42,180 bases of DNA from a virus. Positions 11,301-19,078 of this stretch are shown here, in pieces. The notes under the pieces were generated by a model. It was not told where the DNA came from and made no database searches. It saw nothing but the letters and a program-made list of their open reading frames with translations. The first letter of the stretch is position 1. Each line of letters starts with the position of its first letter. The DNA lies in IMG/VR virus record IMGVR_UViG_3300045988_015372, positions 1 to 42,180 of that record. The stretch is one strand, 5' to 3'. Made by a program: the position numbers and the translations under genes.

Positions 11301-14300
11301 TTCCTGCACAGGATATTTCCGTCCGGCCGGGCGCGACGTGGATTCCACCGCGTGTATATGCTGATTTTGCCGCTGAAATCCTCGGCAGCAGGAATAGCGG
11401 CAGGAGAAGCGCAATCGATGTGACGTACAGCCCGATCACGGGGACATACAAGGTGGACTATGGAGCAAGCGGGAGATATCTTCGCGGAAACTCGGCGGAC
11501 TCCACAGAATATGGCGCAGAGGGAAAGACCTTTGTGCAGATTTTTGAAGCGGCGCTCAACAGCAAGGATCTCAAGGTCTACTATCCGCACGGCAAGGACG
11601 AGAAAGCCGTATTGAATCCAAAGGCGACGATTGCCGTCAAGGAAAAGAAGAACAAGATCCTTTCAAAATTCCAGGAATGGATGTGGAGCGACGAGAACCG
11701 GATCAAAGAATATGGGCCGCTTTACAATGATCTCTTCAACTGTATGGCGATTCCGAATTATGACGGCTCGGAGCTGAAGATCGACGGCCTGTCCGCAGGC
11801 TTTACGCTGCGGGAGCATCAGGCAAATGCGGTGCAGCGGATCATCATGTCCGGCGGCAATACGCTCCTTGCGCATGGAACCGGCGCGGGCAAGACGCTTG
11901 AAATGGCCTCGGCGGCAATGAAGCTGCGGCAGATCGGCGCTGTAAAAAAGCCGATGATCATTGTCCCAAAGAATTTGCTTGGACAGTGGGAGAGGGAGTT
12001 TAGAAGCTACTACCCGGCGGCGAAGCTGCTGGTTCCGGCAGAAAATGACTTCACCCCGGCCAACCGGAAAACCTTCGCGAATAAGGTCGCGACCGGGGAT
12101 TATGATGCGGTCATCATCACATATGAGCATTTTGAACGGATTCCGCTCTCCAAACAAGCGCAGGCGAGGTATTATCAGGAACAGGTCGACCAGATCATTG
12201 CAGCGCAGGAGGAGGCCAAGAAACAGCAGACCGGAAAAAACTTCACGGTGAAGCAGCTGGCGAAAAAGCGTGCAGAGCTGGAAGCGAAGATCAAAGGTCT
12301 CAGTGATGTGGCACGGGACGAGGACAACATTGATTTCGAAAGTCTCGGCGTGGACAGCCTGTTCGTAGACGAGGCGCACAACTTCAAAAACCTGTTCTAT
12401 ACGACGCAGATGTCTGACGTGGCGGATCTTGGAAATAAGAACGGCAGCAAGCGCGCGAGCGACCTTTATATGAAGGTGCGCTATCTGCAAGGGTTGAACG
12501 GCGGACGTGGTGTCGTGTTTGGGACGGCAACGCCTGTTATGAACTCTGTGGTTGAAATGTATGCCATGCAGAGCTATTTGCAGGGCGATCTTCTGAAGCA
12601 GAAGGGCATCAACAGCTTTGACGCATGGGCCAGCGAGTTTGGCGAAGTGGTCGACATTAACAAGATGAAGGCCGGCGGAGACGGTTATGAGACGAAGCAG
12701 TCCATGAGCCGGTATCGGAACCTCGGCGAATTGCAGCAGCTTTTCCGCAGCTTTGCCGATGTTGTGACGCAGGCGCCGGGGTTGAAGCTGCCGAAAGTCA
12801 GAACCGGTGGCCCCATTGTGGTGGAGTGCGACCCTTCCAAGGCACAGACGGAATATCTCAGCGAGATCGGCAAGCGAGCTGACAATATCCGCACAGGCCG
12901 TGTGGACGTGAAGGACGACAACATCCTGAAGGTCTACGGCGACGGGAAAAAAATGAGCTACACGCAGCGCATGATCGACCCGAAGCTCGGCTACGAAGAG
13001 GGCGGCAAGATTCTGAAATGCGTGGACAATGTGCTCAAAGAATACCGGGCCAGCGAAGGGAACCGAGGAACGCAGCTTATTTTCTGTGATCGTGGCGTCC
13101 CTGGCGGGCAGGACGAAAAGAACGGCATTTTCCTTTATCGTGACATCAAAGATCTGCTGGTCAAGGGCGGAATTCCGGAGAATGAGATCGCGTATGCACA
13201 GAGCTACAAGACGGACAACGCGAAATCAAAAATGCAGGAGATGGTCAACGACGGAACGATCCGCGTCCTCATCGGTTCGACGCAGGCGATGGGAACCGGC
13301 CTGAACATTCAGAAACGAGCCGTGGCCATGCATGAGCTGAACGCGCCAGACCGCCCCGGCGACATTGAACAGAACCGGGGGAGAATTGTCCGTCAGGGAA
13401 ACACGAACCCGGAAGTGTCGATCTACACCTACATCACGAAGAAAACCTTTGACAGCCGTCAATGGGACAACCTGAAGCGCAAGGGCGCGTTCATCCATCA
13501 GATCATTGCGGGCGATTACAACGGAAGAACCGCAGACGGCGACGGCGACTTCTCCGCCAGCGCAGCGGAAATCGCGGCGATTGCGTCGGACAACCCACTG
13601 ATTCTGGAACAGAACGAAATCTCGCAGAAAATAAACCGGCTGGAAGCTCTTGCATCTTCGCACATCAAGGAAGTGCAGGAGGCTAAGCGGAAGGTGATGG
13701 AGCTGCCGCAGACCATCGGGCGGTTTGAAACGATCCGCGGCAATTTGAAAGCCGACATTTCTGCACGGCAGGATTCCGGCGGCGATAAGTTCCGCGCAAC
13801 CATTCTTGGACGGAATTACAAGAAGCGTGCAGATGCGGGCGAGGCGATCAATCAGGCGGTTTCCTCGAGAATCGATATGACGGCGGAGGCAAGCAGCGCG
13901 AAAATCGGCGAATTTGCCGGATTCGACGTGTATGCGGACAACCACGGCGGCGCGTATCTGCAAGGCTCCGGCACGTATTCGTTCGCTGTCAACCGGGACA
14001 GCGTTGAAGGCACGGTACGTTCGATGGAAAATGTGCTGAAAACGTTTGAAGGGCGATTGGAGCAGACGGAGCGCAGCTTGTCCGACCGAAAGAACGATCT
14101 TACAAAGTATGAGCAGATTGCAAAGTCTCCTTTTGAACAGCAGAAGGAGCTTGACAATCTCCGCGCCAGAGAAGACGAGATCATGTCGATCCTGAATCCG
14201 AAGGATGAACAGGGCACATTCGTTGCGGACGATGGGGTGGAAAAGCTGGTGGAACGTTCGGCCGGAGACGCCGCAGCGGATCACAGCGCGGAATGGACGG

Positions 14301-17300
14301 CGACGCGCGTCGGAGACGAGAAGCAGACCCCGAAACCCCTGAGTGAGATCATCGCCGGGATCGAGCATAATTTCGGGATCAACATTACGACCGGGCACGC
14401 GCGGGGCAGAGTGCGCGGGCAGTATTCCAAGCTGGACAACGGCATCCGCACGAAGATCACAAACGATCTGCCGACCATCTCTCATGAGCTGGGACACGCG
14501 CTGAACCGCGAATACGGATTTACCGGGAAACTGACCGACGCAATGCGCAGCGAACTGAAAAACGGTCTCGGGGATCTGAAGGACGAATATAAGCAGAGCA
14601 AATGGATTAGCGAAGGACTTGCGGAATTCCTCCGGAAGTATCTGCAAAACTCCGAAACGGCGGCGATTGATTATCCGGAATTCACAAAGCATTTTCTGAA
14701 CAGCCTTTCTCAGCGAGACAGGGCGCTTGTGGAAAACCTCGCAGATGAAGTCAATGCCTATTATTCGCTCGACGCGGACACGGCGCAGAGCGCGATCCGG
14801 TTGAGAGAAGATCGTGTGCCGACGGGCGACACGACCGGCGACAAGCTCAGAGCGGAAGCGAGTGTGCTTTATCAGGCGTGGGTAGACAGCCTGCACGGGA
14901 TCAAGCTGCTCGACGAAGCGACCGGAACGAATACTTATCGGCTGGCGACAAACGCTGCCTATTCTGACGCAATGGCCGGGCAGATCATCACGGGAAATCT
15001 GACAGATGCGAATGGACAATATGTGGGGCCGGGACTGAAAGCGGCACTGCAAGGGATCAACCTGAAGAACAAGGCCGAATACCGGGCGTTTGGCGAGTAT
15101 CTTGTGGTACGGCATGGGCCGGAGCGGCTGGCGGAAGGAATGCGCGTATTTGCAGATGACCGCAAGAACTCCACGGCATTCATGAACCGGCGCGCGGCAG
15201 AGCTGGAGCAGCAATATCCGGCGTTCCACGATGCGGCAGAGCGGCTTTATGTGTTCCAAGACCAGCTCAAGGAAACGTGGCTCGTTGGAACTGGACTGAT
15301 CTCGGAAGAAACCGGCGAGGAATGGAGCAAGCGGTGGAAGCATTACGTTCCGTTCAATCGCGCCATGCCGCAGGGGCAGGGCGGCGCGAAGCGCGGATTT
15401 GCCAACCAGCAGAACCCGATCAAACGCGCCAGAGGCAGCGGCAGAGATCTTGTTCATCCTGTGGACAACATCATTTCCAACATCGTCAAGGTCGTCAATG
15501 CGGGCGTCCGCAACAACGTAATGCGCAGGATCACAGACGAGGCGCAGCGCGTGGGCGCGGATGCAGTATTCCTTGAAAAAATCCCCACGCCGATGCGCGG
15601 GACGCGCGTAAATCTCACGGGCGTGAAGAGTGACCTGATGGATCGGATTACGGAGAAGGGATGGGCGAATGCCAACGATTTTGGGGAAATTGTAGCCGAC
15701 ATTGATGATTACATGATGCAATTCCGGCGCGGGAAAGCGTTCGGAGACGTTGTTACCGTCCTGAAAAACGGCAAGCCGGAGTTCTGGAAGGTCAACGACC
15801 CCCTGCTGCTCCAATCGATCACGGAAATGTCCCCGTCAAAGGTGAATGGGCTTGTCGATGCGATTGGAAAAATGTCGCACTTCATGACCTCCAACATCAC
15901 AGGAGACAATATCATCTGGTCGATCTTCTCCAACCTTCCGCGAGATCTCGGGACGCTGATGGTCTATGCGAAAGAACCGAACCGTTTCAAACTGCTCAAA
16001 GAGATCGGCGCTTCGTATGTCAACAAGCTCAAAGGCGACAGCGCGAACCCGCTTTATCTGGAATACCTCGCAATGGGCGGCGGCAAGGCGAGCTATTACA
16101 GCACCGACCGCGACGTTGCGAAGAAAGCGCGCAAGGAGCTGGCCGGAAAGTTCACGCTCAACCCGCTGGATTGGATCTCGTATCTGGGCGATATGATCGA
16201 ACAGGGGCCGCGCTTCGCTACCTATAAGTGTCTCCGGGAACGCGGCGTTGATCCGCAGACGGCATTTTATGAAGCAATGGATGTGACAACGAATTTCCGG
16301 CGCGGCGGCGCAACGTCCAGACAGGTCAACAAGTTCGTCCCGTTCTTCAATGCCGGCGTGCAGGGCATCGACAAGCACGTCCGGTTCCTGACCGGGCAGG
16401 ATGCACCACCGGAGCAGAGAAAGCGCGTCGTTCGCAACCGCATGATCGCCTATTTTGCCGCTTCAGCTGGGATCGCGGCGCTGTTCTACCTCATCAACAA
16501 CCGTGACGAGGAAAGCAAGAAGGACTATCAGCAACTTTCCACGTACACGAAGAACAGCTATTTTTGCATCCCGATGGGCGATGGGAAATATTTTGTTATC
16601 CCGAAGCCGCGCGACCTTGCGGTTCTCACCTCTGCGATGGAATCCGGATTGGAGCTTGGCGTCGGCGGAAACAAGCACGCCTTTGATGGATTCTGGAGCT
16701 ATGCAGCGGCCAACTATCTGCCGAATGTGGCAGCCGATCTCGCGCAGGGAGATTGGAAAGGGGCACTCGGCGGACTTGGGATCGTCGGCATCGGAACGTC
16801 GATGGTTGCGAACCGCGATTTCCTCGGAAGGCCGATTGAATCCGCCGGCATGCAGTATCTTGAACCGAAAGACCGGTATAATGACCGGACGTCAAAACTG
16901 GCTTACTGGGCCGGGCAGGCGTTCAATGTCTCCCCACAGATGACGGATTATTTCTTCAATAACGTGCTCGGCGGATGGTGGAAGTATCAGAAAGCCCTGT
17001 TCCCGGTTGGAGAAGAAAATCGGGATTTGACGCTTGGCGTGAAGAACACCTACGTCAAGGACAACCAGTATTCGCAGGATCTTGTAAACTGGCTTTACGA
17101 CAAGGCGGAGAAAACGTCGCAGACTTCGAAATCCGACCCGGACAACATTTCCAAGAAGATCACGGCCAAGACGGACAGCAACATGACCACCTTCTATGGG
17201 AACTACAACAAACTCTCGAAGAGCGATACGAAGTCCACGGCGGCGCGCGGGACGCGGCAGCTGGTGCTTGATATGATCCGCGAGTATCAGAAAGCGACGG

Positions 17301-17818
17301 ACAACAAGAGCCAGACCGATGCGGAGAAGGAAGTCTATGCGATCTGCGAGGCGCACGGCGATGTGGACATTCTTCCGGGCGTGATGAATACCAGCATCAA
17401 AGATTCGGATGGCAAGGAATACACGCTGAGCGCGGTGGATTATGTGGAGTTCCAGACGGACTATCTCGGGATCTATTGGGAAAGCGTGTCTCAGACGCTG
17501 GACGGCGTGAAGGGCGACGCGCAGCGATATTCCGTATTGAAATCCGTCAAGGACGCTGCGAAGGAACAGGCGAAGGTGCGGGCGCTCAAACGGATGGGCG
17601 CAAAGACTACCACAGCTTGGGGAGATAAGTATTCCGGCGCAAGCACATACGATGTGGCATACTTCAAGGCCAACGCAGACGCAGACGGGAATGGATCGAT
17701 TTCTCAGGCGGAGGCTGAAGCGCTTCTGCGGAAGATGGATCTGACAAACGCGGAACGCGCGGATCTATGGGCCGCGACAAACAAGGCATGGGCAGAGAAG
17801 AACAATCCATTCCGATAA
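5348..17818 (+). CDS. Giant polyvalent virion protein (4156 codons as a single ORF). Coiled coils, Gly-rich hydrophobic TMP-like segment, PBECR-like nuclease region, N6-adenine MTase, SNF2 helicase, HExxH zincin-like peptidase, C-terminal EF-hand loop
   Basis: RBS AAGGAGG precedes ATG 5348. MTase motifs: LEPSCGVGNFAG (9826-9865) and DLAIGNVPFG (about 10016-10045). Helicase motifs: LAHGTGAGKT (about 11880), LFVDEAHNFKN (12360-12392) and QNRGRIVRQGN (about 13370-13400). HELGH at 14485-14499. EF-hand DADGNGSISQAE at 17678-17713. The frame is not convincingly coding between about 8950 and 9378 (see nested ORF). Confidence 0.6.
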   Translation: MAKWKRSGADALREYEQSSNYVGSIGVTPLNERSTSEAGGKWKRSGADALREYEQSSSFPQTLQVRKYNAEDRNYDQFAAERYSAQVNAQRRDTNRHYQEQVNAAAQAFDNYRRYSSSGAAKNAAHQNYEDAKYRQELARQQMSGRRLTESEKHFLENPRNIDPDRAAREEAAKERASLPKLENETEEMRRQQILGRQSEDLQKQIDALTQQEEERRKNTSLWEKIGRALSPIRSFRQEENDAEDAISKLQERKAEVDRQYQMDANQYKVYQTYQKSERPEAYTAENVGNYKQRLAALASVYGTWTKEQEQEAKEAIGTQSGGTGLLSAEKNVWAFAPYQEAVRKNDTESARQWEQIYNALYTRLYSGQEAVTSGLMQGLGFEALGDVLLHTSTEMADEAYERWAEQKQNYAYAQSEHPYLASGARVAGSLALMSGVGKAAGAGLAATGLKTGSFWFNVARGSLTFAGVNAIQNSGALATGNISGGDYLKSIAVSGAQGAAGNIAGELVGSGLATVLRKNGLMTPFFEFVRQTASSMSNATVNQAIGYAAADKKPTGQEIAEGLVTSFLFSALSSAISTYETTNAQKARMQQAYNQIEASYQAMAAGTENMTPEAKAQRVQLILQQTQNLRAATGEYYIAGQQKAVNNLNSALDAIEDWANNYLNGYQAAADAMQPKTALPGGTTGQIPSAPAQPPVDPNLTQDVANGLQTAITQGVIQADTPQPMTGGDAAAGAAQSVSQNLQARGLDAKTADALVKAATEMQQEAASAPSGWQNAAPTETVAPKQNAAQTPAQDAQESTAVNTNPAEHTKAEQAVIEAYKASADGQMRGFIEKVRSLQNNDYKNKISADVHTETTRAADTAGELTGTDTSGFKNIIKGNAVQHIDRRHGANGSADHSMANIDDFSRIGFVLDNFTDAELLPLNRVDAETAKLSREWMNSDNTQAPLVRFSMPVNGVFYVVEAVPSSKAKRLAVVSAYISRENKESTLKQVLNLSDTTGSGTPETPLAILDAPEKSLAQNGGTVKQTDASTLSSMAQTLGKSGQKAIFKAYDSKADTAEYAGEFVKVYNAARAGNDLPETKTLEPWQKYAAETAGKNDAEKVESIAKSEKPAYTEDKNSVQYVSSLLESVNTANTDNYRFRIQDRGDGQWIGTITGRTETAGTVPVENARKLTYTSPTYASRQEAVEDILAVAGNNKLLTGGTSNEIQSVSDRQGVPESSVSGTGDGGLLGGVSAEDVQKPEGGRRAAPAVAAEGGTAGRDAGRPDETGAGTGSGVGVREGGHLQPATGSGRGHRGVQGTSRRGTPVSVVHVTERGGAGDSVRTVSEEPGEHRTGEGNDGVLTPETAKKPSADLSATVQREIREKTADSVSPKGTNYVIPEEGLKLPNGEKARYKSNVAAIQTLRAVMSENRMATPEEQAVLARYVGWGGIPNAFDSHKEDWAKEYRQLKGLLSESEWKAAMQSTTNAHFTSVEVIRAMYHGLESLGFTGGRVLEPSCGVGNFAGAMPASLLPNVKSLTMVELDEVTGNIAKALYPNAKVMVQGFETAVIPDNYMDLAIGNVPFGNYAIFDKAYPKAVTNSIHNYFFAKSIDKVRPGGVLCFITSRYTMDARDSSVREYMMQRADLLGAIRLPDTAFKANAGTDVVTDILVFKKRPAGTAYAGETFRDVDYYHQDKGIWEQTNGYFRNHPEMVLGTVEKSGTMYRANGLTVKAKPGNLGKQIEKAFSQITGRMDYTANPTQAEIQAEVRKEIRSAKSKAKNGSFVSEGGKLYQNQDGELVRLDLSAKQAEVLQSAISLRDTGRELLALQFDNAPAEQIEAARAKLNEVYDNFVQKNGPMNNPANKKIIQQDADAPFILALENYDAKAKTAEKAAIFTKNTITPHEIVSHVDTAADGIAASINETGGVDIPMIARLMGTDEKAVERQLAAQGLAYKQADESWQPAQMYLSGNVRAKLKEARGLANIDPAYETNVKALEKVVPADIPAQDISVRPGATWIPPRVYADFAAEILGSRNSGRRSAIDVTYSPITGTYKVDYGASGRYLRGNSADSTEYGAEGKTFVQIFEAALNSKDLKVYYPHGKDEKAVLNPKATIAVKEKKNKILSKFQEWMWSDENRIKEYGPLYNDLFNCMAIPNYDGSELKIDGLSAGFTLREHQANAVQRIIMSGGNTLLAHGTGAGKTLEMASAAMKLRQIGAVKKPMIIVPKNLLGQWEREFRSYYPAAKLLVPAENDFTPANRKTFANKVATGDYDAVIITYEHFERIPLSKQAQARYYQEQVDQIIAAQEEAKKQQTGKNFTVKQLAKKRAELEAKIKGLSDVARDEDNIDFESLGVDSLFVDEAHNFKNLFYTTQMSDVADLGNKNGSKRASDLYMKVRYLQGLNGGRGVVFGTATPVMNSVVEMYAMQSYLQGDLLKQKGINSFDAWASEFGEVVDINKMKAGGDGYETKQSMSRYRNLGELQQLFRSFADVVTQAPGLKLPKVRTGGPIVVECDPSKAQTEYLSEIGKRADNIRTGRVDVKDDNILKVYGDGKKMSYTQRMIDPKLGYEEGGKILKCVDNVLKEYRASEGNRGTQLIFCDRGVPGGQDEKNGIFLYRDIKDLLVKGGIPENEIAYAQSYKTDNAKSKMQEMVNDGTIRVLIGSTQAMGTGLNIQKRAVAMHELNAPDRPGDIEQNRGRIVRQGNTNPEVSIYTYITKKTFDSRQWDNLKRKGAFIHQIIAGDYNGRTADGDGDFSASAAEIAAIASDNPLILEQNEISQKINRLEALASSHIKEVQEAKRKVMELPQTIGRFETIRGNLKADISARQDSGGDKFRATILGRNYKKRADAGEAINQAVSSRIDMTAEASSAKIGEFAGFDVYADNHGGAYLQGSGTYSFAVNRDSVEGTVRSMENVLKTFEGRLEQTERSLSDRKNDLTKYEQIAKSPFEQQKELDNLRAREDEIMSILNPKDEQGTFVADDGVEKLVERSAGDAAADHSAEWTATRVGDEKQTPKPLSEIIAGIEHNFGINITTGHARGRVRGQYSKLDNGIRTKITNDLPTISHELGHALNREYGFTGKLTDAMRSELKNGLGDLKDEYKQSKWISEGLAEFLRKYLQNSETAAIDYPEFTKHFLNSLSQRDRALVENLADEVNAYYSLDADTAQSAIRLREDRVPTGDTTGDKLRAEASVLYQAWVDSLHGIKLLDEATGTNTYRLATNAAYSDAMAGQIITGNLTDANGQYVGPGLKAALQGINLKNKAEYRAFGEYLVVRHGPERLAEGMRVFADDRKNSTAFMNRRAAELEQQYPAFHDAAERLYVFQDQLKETWLVGTGLISEETGEEWSKRWKHYVPFNRAMPQGQGGAKRGFANQQNPIKRARGSGRDLVHPVDNIISNIVKVVNAGVRNNVMRRITDEAQRVGADAVFLEKIPTPMRGTRVNLTGVKSDLMDRITEKGWANANDFGEIVADIDDYMMQFRRGKAFGDVVTVLKNGKPEFWKVNDPLLLQSITEMSPSKVNGLVDAIGKMSHFMTSNITGDNIIWSIFSNLPRDLGTLMVYAKEPNRFKLLKEIGASYVNKLKGDSANPLYLEYLAMGGGKASYYSTDRDVAKKARKELAGKFTLNPLDWISYLGDMIEQGPRFATYKCLRERGVDPQTAFYEAMDVTTNFRRGGATSRQVNKFVPFFNAGVQGIDKHVRFLTGQDAPPEQRKRVVRNRMIAYFAASAGIAALFYLINNRDEESKKDYQQLSTYTKNSYFCIPMGDGKYFVIPKPRDLAVLTSAMESGLELGVGGNKHAFDGFWSYAAANYLPNVAADLAQGDWKGALGGLGIVGIGTSMVANRDFLGRPIESAGMQYLEPKDRYNDRTSKLAYWAGQAFNVSPQMTDYFFNNVLGGWWKYQKALFPVGEENRDLTLGVKNTYVKDNQYSQDLVNWLYDKAEKTSQTSKSDPDNISKKITAKTDSNMTTFYGNYNKLSKSDTKSTAARGTRQLVLDMIREYQKATDNKSQTDAEKEVYAICEAHGDVDILPGVMNTSIKDSDGKEYTLSAVDYVEFQTDYLGIYWESVSQTLDGVKGDAQRYSVLKSVKDAAKEQAKVRALKRMGAKTTTAWGDKYSGASTYDVAYFKANADADGNGSISQAEAEALLRKMDLTNAERADLWAATNKAWAEKNNPFR
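8964..9377 (+). CDS. Alternative-frame ORF (137 aa) nested in the linker of the giant gene; acidic helical hypothetical protein
   Basis: In-frame stop TGA at 8946, then GGAGGA RBS and ATG 8964. Third codon positions are GC-rich like real genes here. Across the same span the giant-ORF frame translates to a G/R-rich string with AT-rich third positions. Confidence 0.5.
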   Translation: MKYRAFLTDREYQSLPYPGQVTADYWAEFLPKMCKSLKEEGELLPLLQQKGERLAEMQEDLMKQGLAQDQAWEFVKEDIYSLQPEVDEDTEAYKERLEEELRYQWFMSQSGAEREIPFEQYRKNPENIARAKEMMAY

Positions 17819-17825
17819 GAAAGAA

Positions 17826-17851
17826 TCCGGCGGGAAACCGCCGGATTTTCT
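17826..17851 (+). terminator. Rho-independent terminator after the giant gene
   Basis: Hairpin ccggcgg-gaaa-ccgccgg followed by attttctct. Confidence 0.65.
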
Positions 17852-17854
17852 CTG

Positions 17855-17891
17855 TTTACGGGGTGAAGCGCGTGTAATTTGCTGGTATGCT
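17855..17891 (+). promoter_or_regulatory. Late-operon promoter-like element A: TTTACGGGGTGAA-N18-TATGCT, upstream of the lysis cassette
   Basis: Exact 13-mer at 17855-17867, 18-nt spacer, TATGCT at 17886-17891. The same architecture occurs at 33353 and 37569. Confidence 0.55.
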
Positions 17892-17916
17892 GGAGGTATC
17901 GAATGGAGGTGTTGTG

Positions 17917-18174
17917 ATGGAGACGTCGAAGAAGCTTCTGATTGGCAGCGCGTCGGCAAGCGCCGTTTGCATTATCCTGAATGTGCTCGGCGTGCTGAGT
18001 GTGGAGGTCACGTTGGCAGTCATCGGATTTGCGACGGCGATTGGGATGTTTTACCTCTGGAAGGCAAAGAATGAGAACAGAAGTAAATACGCAATCAAGT
18101 ACATCGAGAGTTTGCCGGAAACGTATACGGCAGAGGAAAAGGCACGTTTTTTGGAGATCGTGCTGAAAGACTGA
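17917..18174 (+). CDS. Small membrane protein with 2 TM helices (holin/antiholin candidate)
   Basis: RBS GGAGGTG precedes ATG 17917. Two hydrophobic helices in the N-terminal half. The ORF track start at 17887 sits inside the -10-like hexamer and was rejected. Confidence 0.55.
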   Translation: METSKKLLIGSASASAVCIILNVLGVLSVEVTLAVIGFATAIGMFYLWKAKNENRSKYAIKYIESLPETYTAEEKARFLEIVLKD

Positions 18175-18189
18175 AAGGAGTTACATACC

Positions 18190-18408
18190 ATGAAAATTGA
18201 TTGGAAACGCAAGCTGACTTCGAGAAAGCTGTGGGTGGCCGTGGCCGGTTTTGTGTCCGGCCTGATTTTGGCATTCGGCGGCGCAGAGAACACGGCACAG
18301 ATGGTCACGGGCGTCATCATGCAAGGCGCTTCTGTGCTTGGCTATCTGCTGGCCGAAGGTCTGACCGATGCAGCACACGTGGGTGACAACAATGGCACTG
18401 AAAATTAA
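18190..18408 (+). CDS. Holin (72 aa, two TM helices)
   Basis: RBS AAAGGAG. TM segments LWVAVAGFVSGLILAFGGA and VTGVIMQGASVLGYLLAEGL. Lies immediately upstream of the amidase. Confidence 0.7.
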   Translation: MKIDWKRKLTSRKLWVAVAGFVSGLILAFGGAENTAQMVTGVIMQGASVLGYLLAEGLTDAAHVGDNNGTEN

Positions 18409-19075
18409 CGACACGATACGGGCAACGAGAGTGGGCGGCCGGCGTACGCTCTCGGCTATCCGGGCCATTGTGTTCCACTACACTGCAAACACTGGCCAGC
18501 ATGCAACGGCGCTCGGGAACGCGCGGTATTTCGCGAACGGCAGCGAGGGACGCGCCGCTTCGGCCCATTACGTGGTTGATGAGGGGGACACCGTTTACCA
18601 GTGTGTGCCGCTGGATGTGGTTGCGTGGGCCGTGGGCGACGGCAGGAGCGGCAAATTCGGCAAGGTGTACAACAACTACAACACCGTCAGTATCGAGATG
18701 GTGAGCCACACAGACGCTACCGGCAAGTATTACATCCCGGAGGCGACGATGCGCAACGCCGCGCGGCTCTATCAGATGCTGCTGAAGCAGCTTCCGAACG
18801 TGCAAACCGCGATCCGGCACTATGACATTTCGATGAAGCTGTGTCCGCTGCCGCTGATTGACGAAACGAAGTGGGAAGCATTCAAGAAGCTCTTGGAGGA
18901 GGTGGACGAAGTGGTCACGAAAGCAAAGATGATCATAGACGGTAAGGAGATCGAGGTCGAACGCATTTTGAAGGACGGCACGAATTACATTAAAATTCGC
19001 GACATCGCAAAGGCGCTGGATCTTGAAGTGTCGAACAAGGGCAATGTCCCGATTTTGAATCACAAAGGAGGCTAA
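18392..19075 (+). CDS. Endolysin: N-acetylmuramoyl-L-alanine amidase (Amidase_2/PGRP type) with a C-terminal copper-amine-oxidase-N-like wall-binding domain
   Basis: Motifs HYTANTG, HYVVD, CVPLDVVAWAVGD and VSIEMVSH. C-terminal segment DGKEIEVERILKDGTNYIKIRDIAKALDLEV. Start chosen at MALKIND (ATG 18392); the ORF opens at 18368. Confidence 0.8.
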   Translation: MALKINDTIRATRVGGRRTLSAIRAIVFHYTANTGQHATALGNARYFANGSEGRAASAHYVVDEGDTVYQCVPLDVVAWAVGDGRSGKFGKVYNNYNTVSIEMVSHTDATGKYYIPEATMRNAARLYQMLLKQLPNVQTAIRHYDISMKLCPLPLIDETKWEAFKKLLEEVDEVVTKAKMIIDGKEIEVERILKDGTNYIKIRDIAKALDLEVSNKGNVPILNHKGG

Positions 19076-19078
19076 ACG

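Noticed and set aside
9272-11590. Long minus-strand ORFs (772 aa here; also 13226..15814, 35590..37377, 38358..40889, 40896..42146, 2709..3944, 6095..7123, 4907..5809, 11663..12490, 28268..29083)
   Set aside because: All lie fully antisense to + strand genes with recognisable motifs. Their translations are Arg/His/Pro-rich and low-complexity. High-GC coding DNA is stop-poor in antisense frames. Spurious.
17887-17916. ATG 17887 as the start of the first lysis-cassette gene, as in the ORF track
   Set aside because: That ATG lies inside the -10-like TATGCT of the late promoter element. The GGAGGTG RBS precedes ATG 17917.
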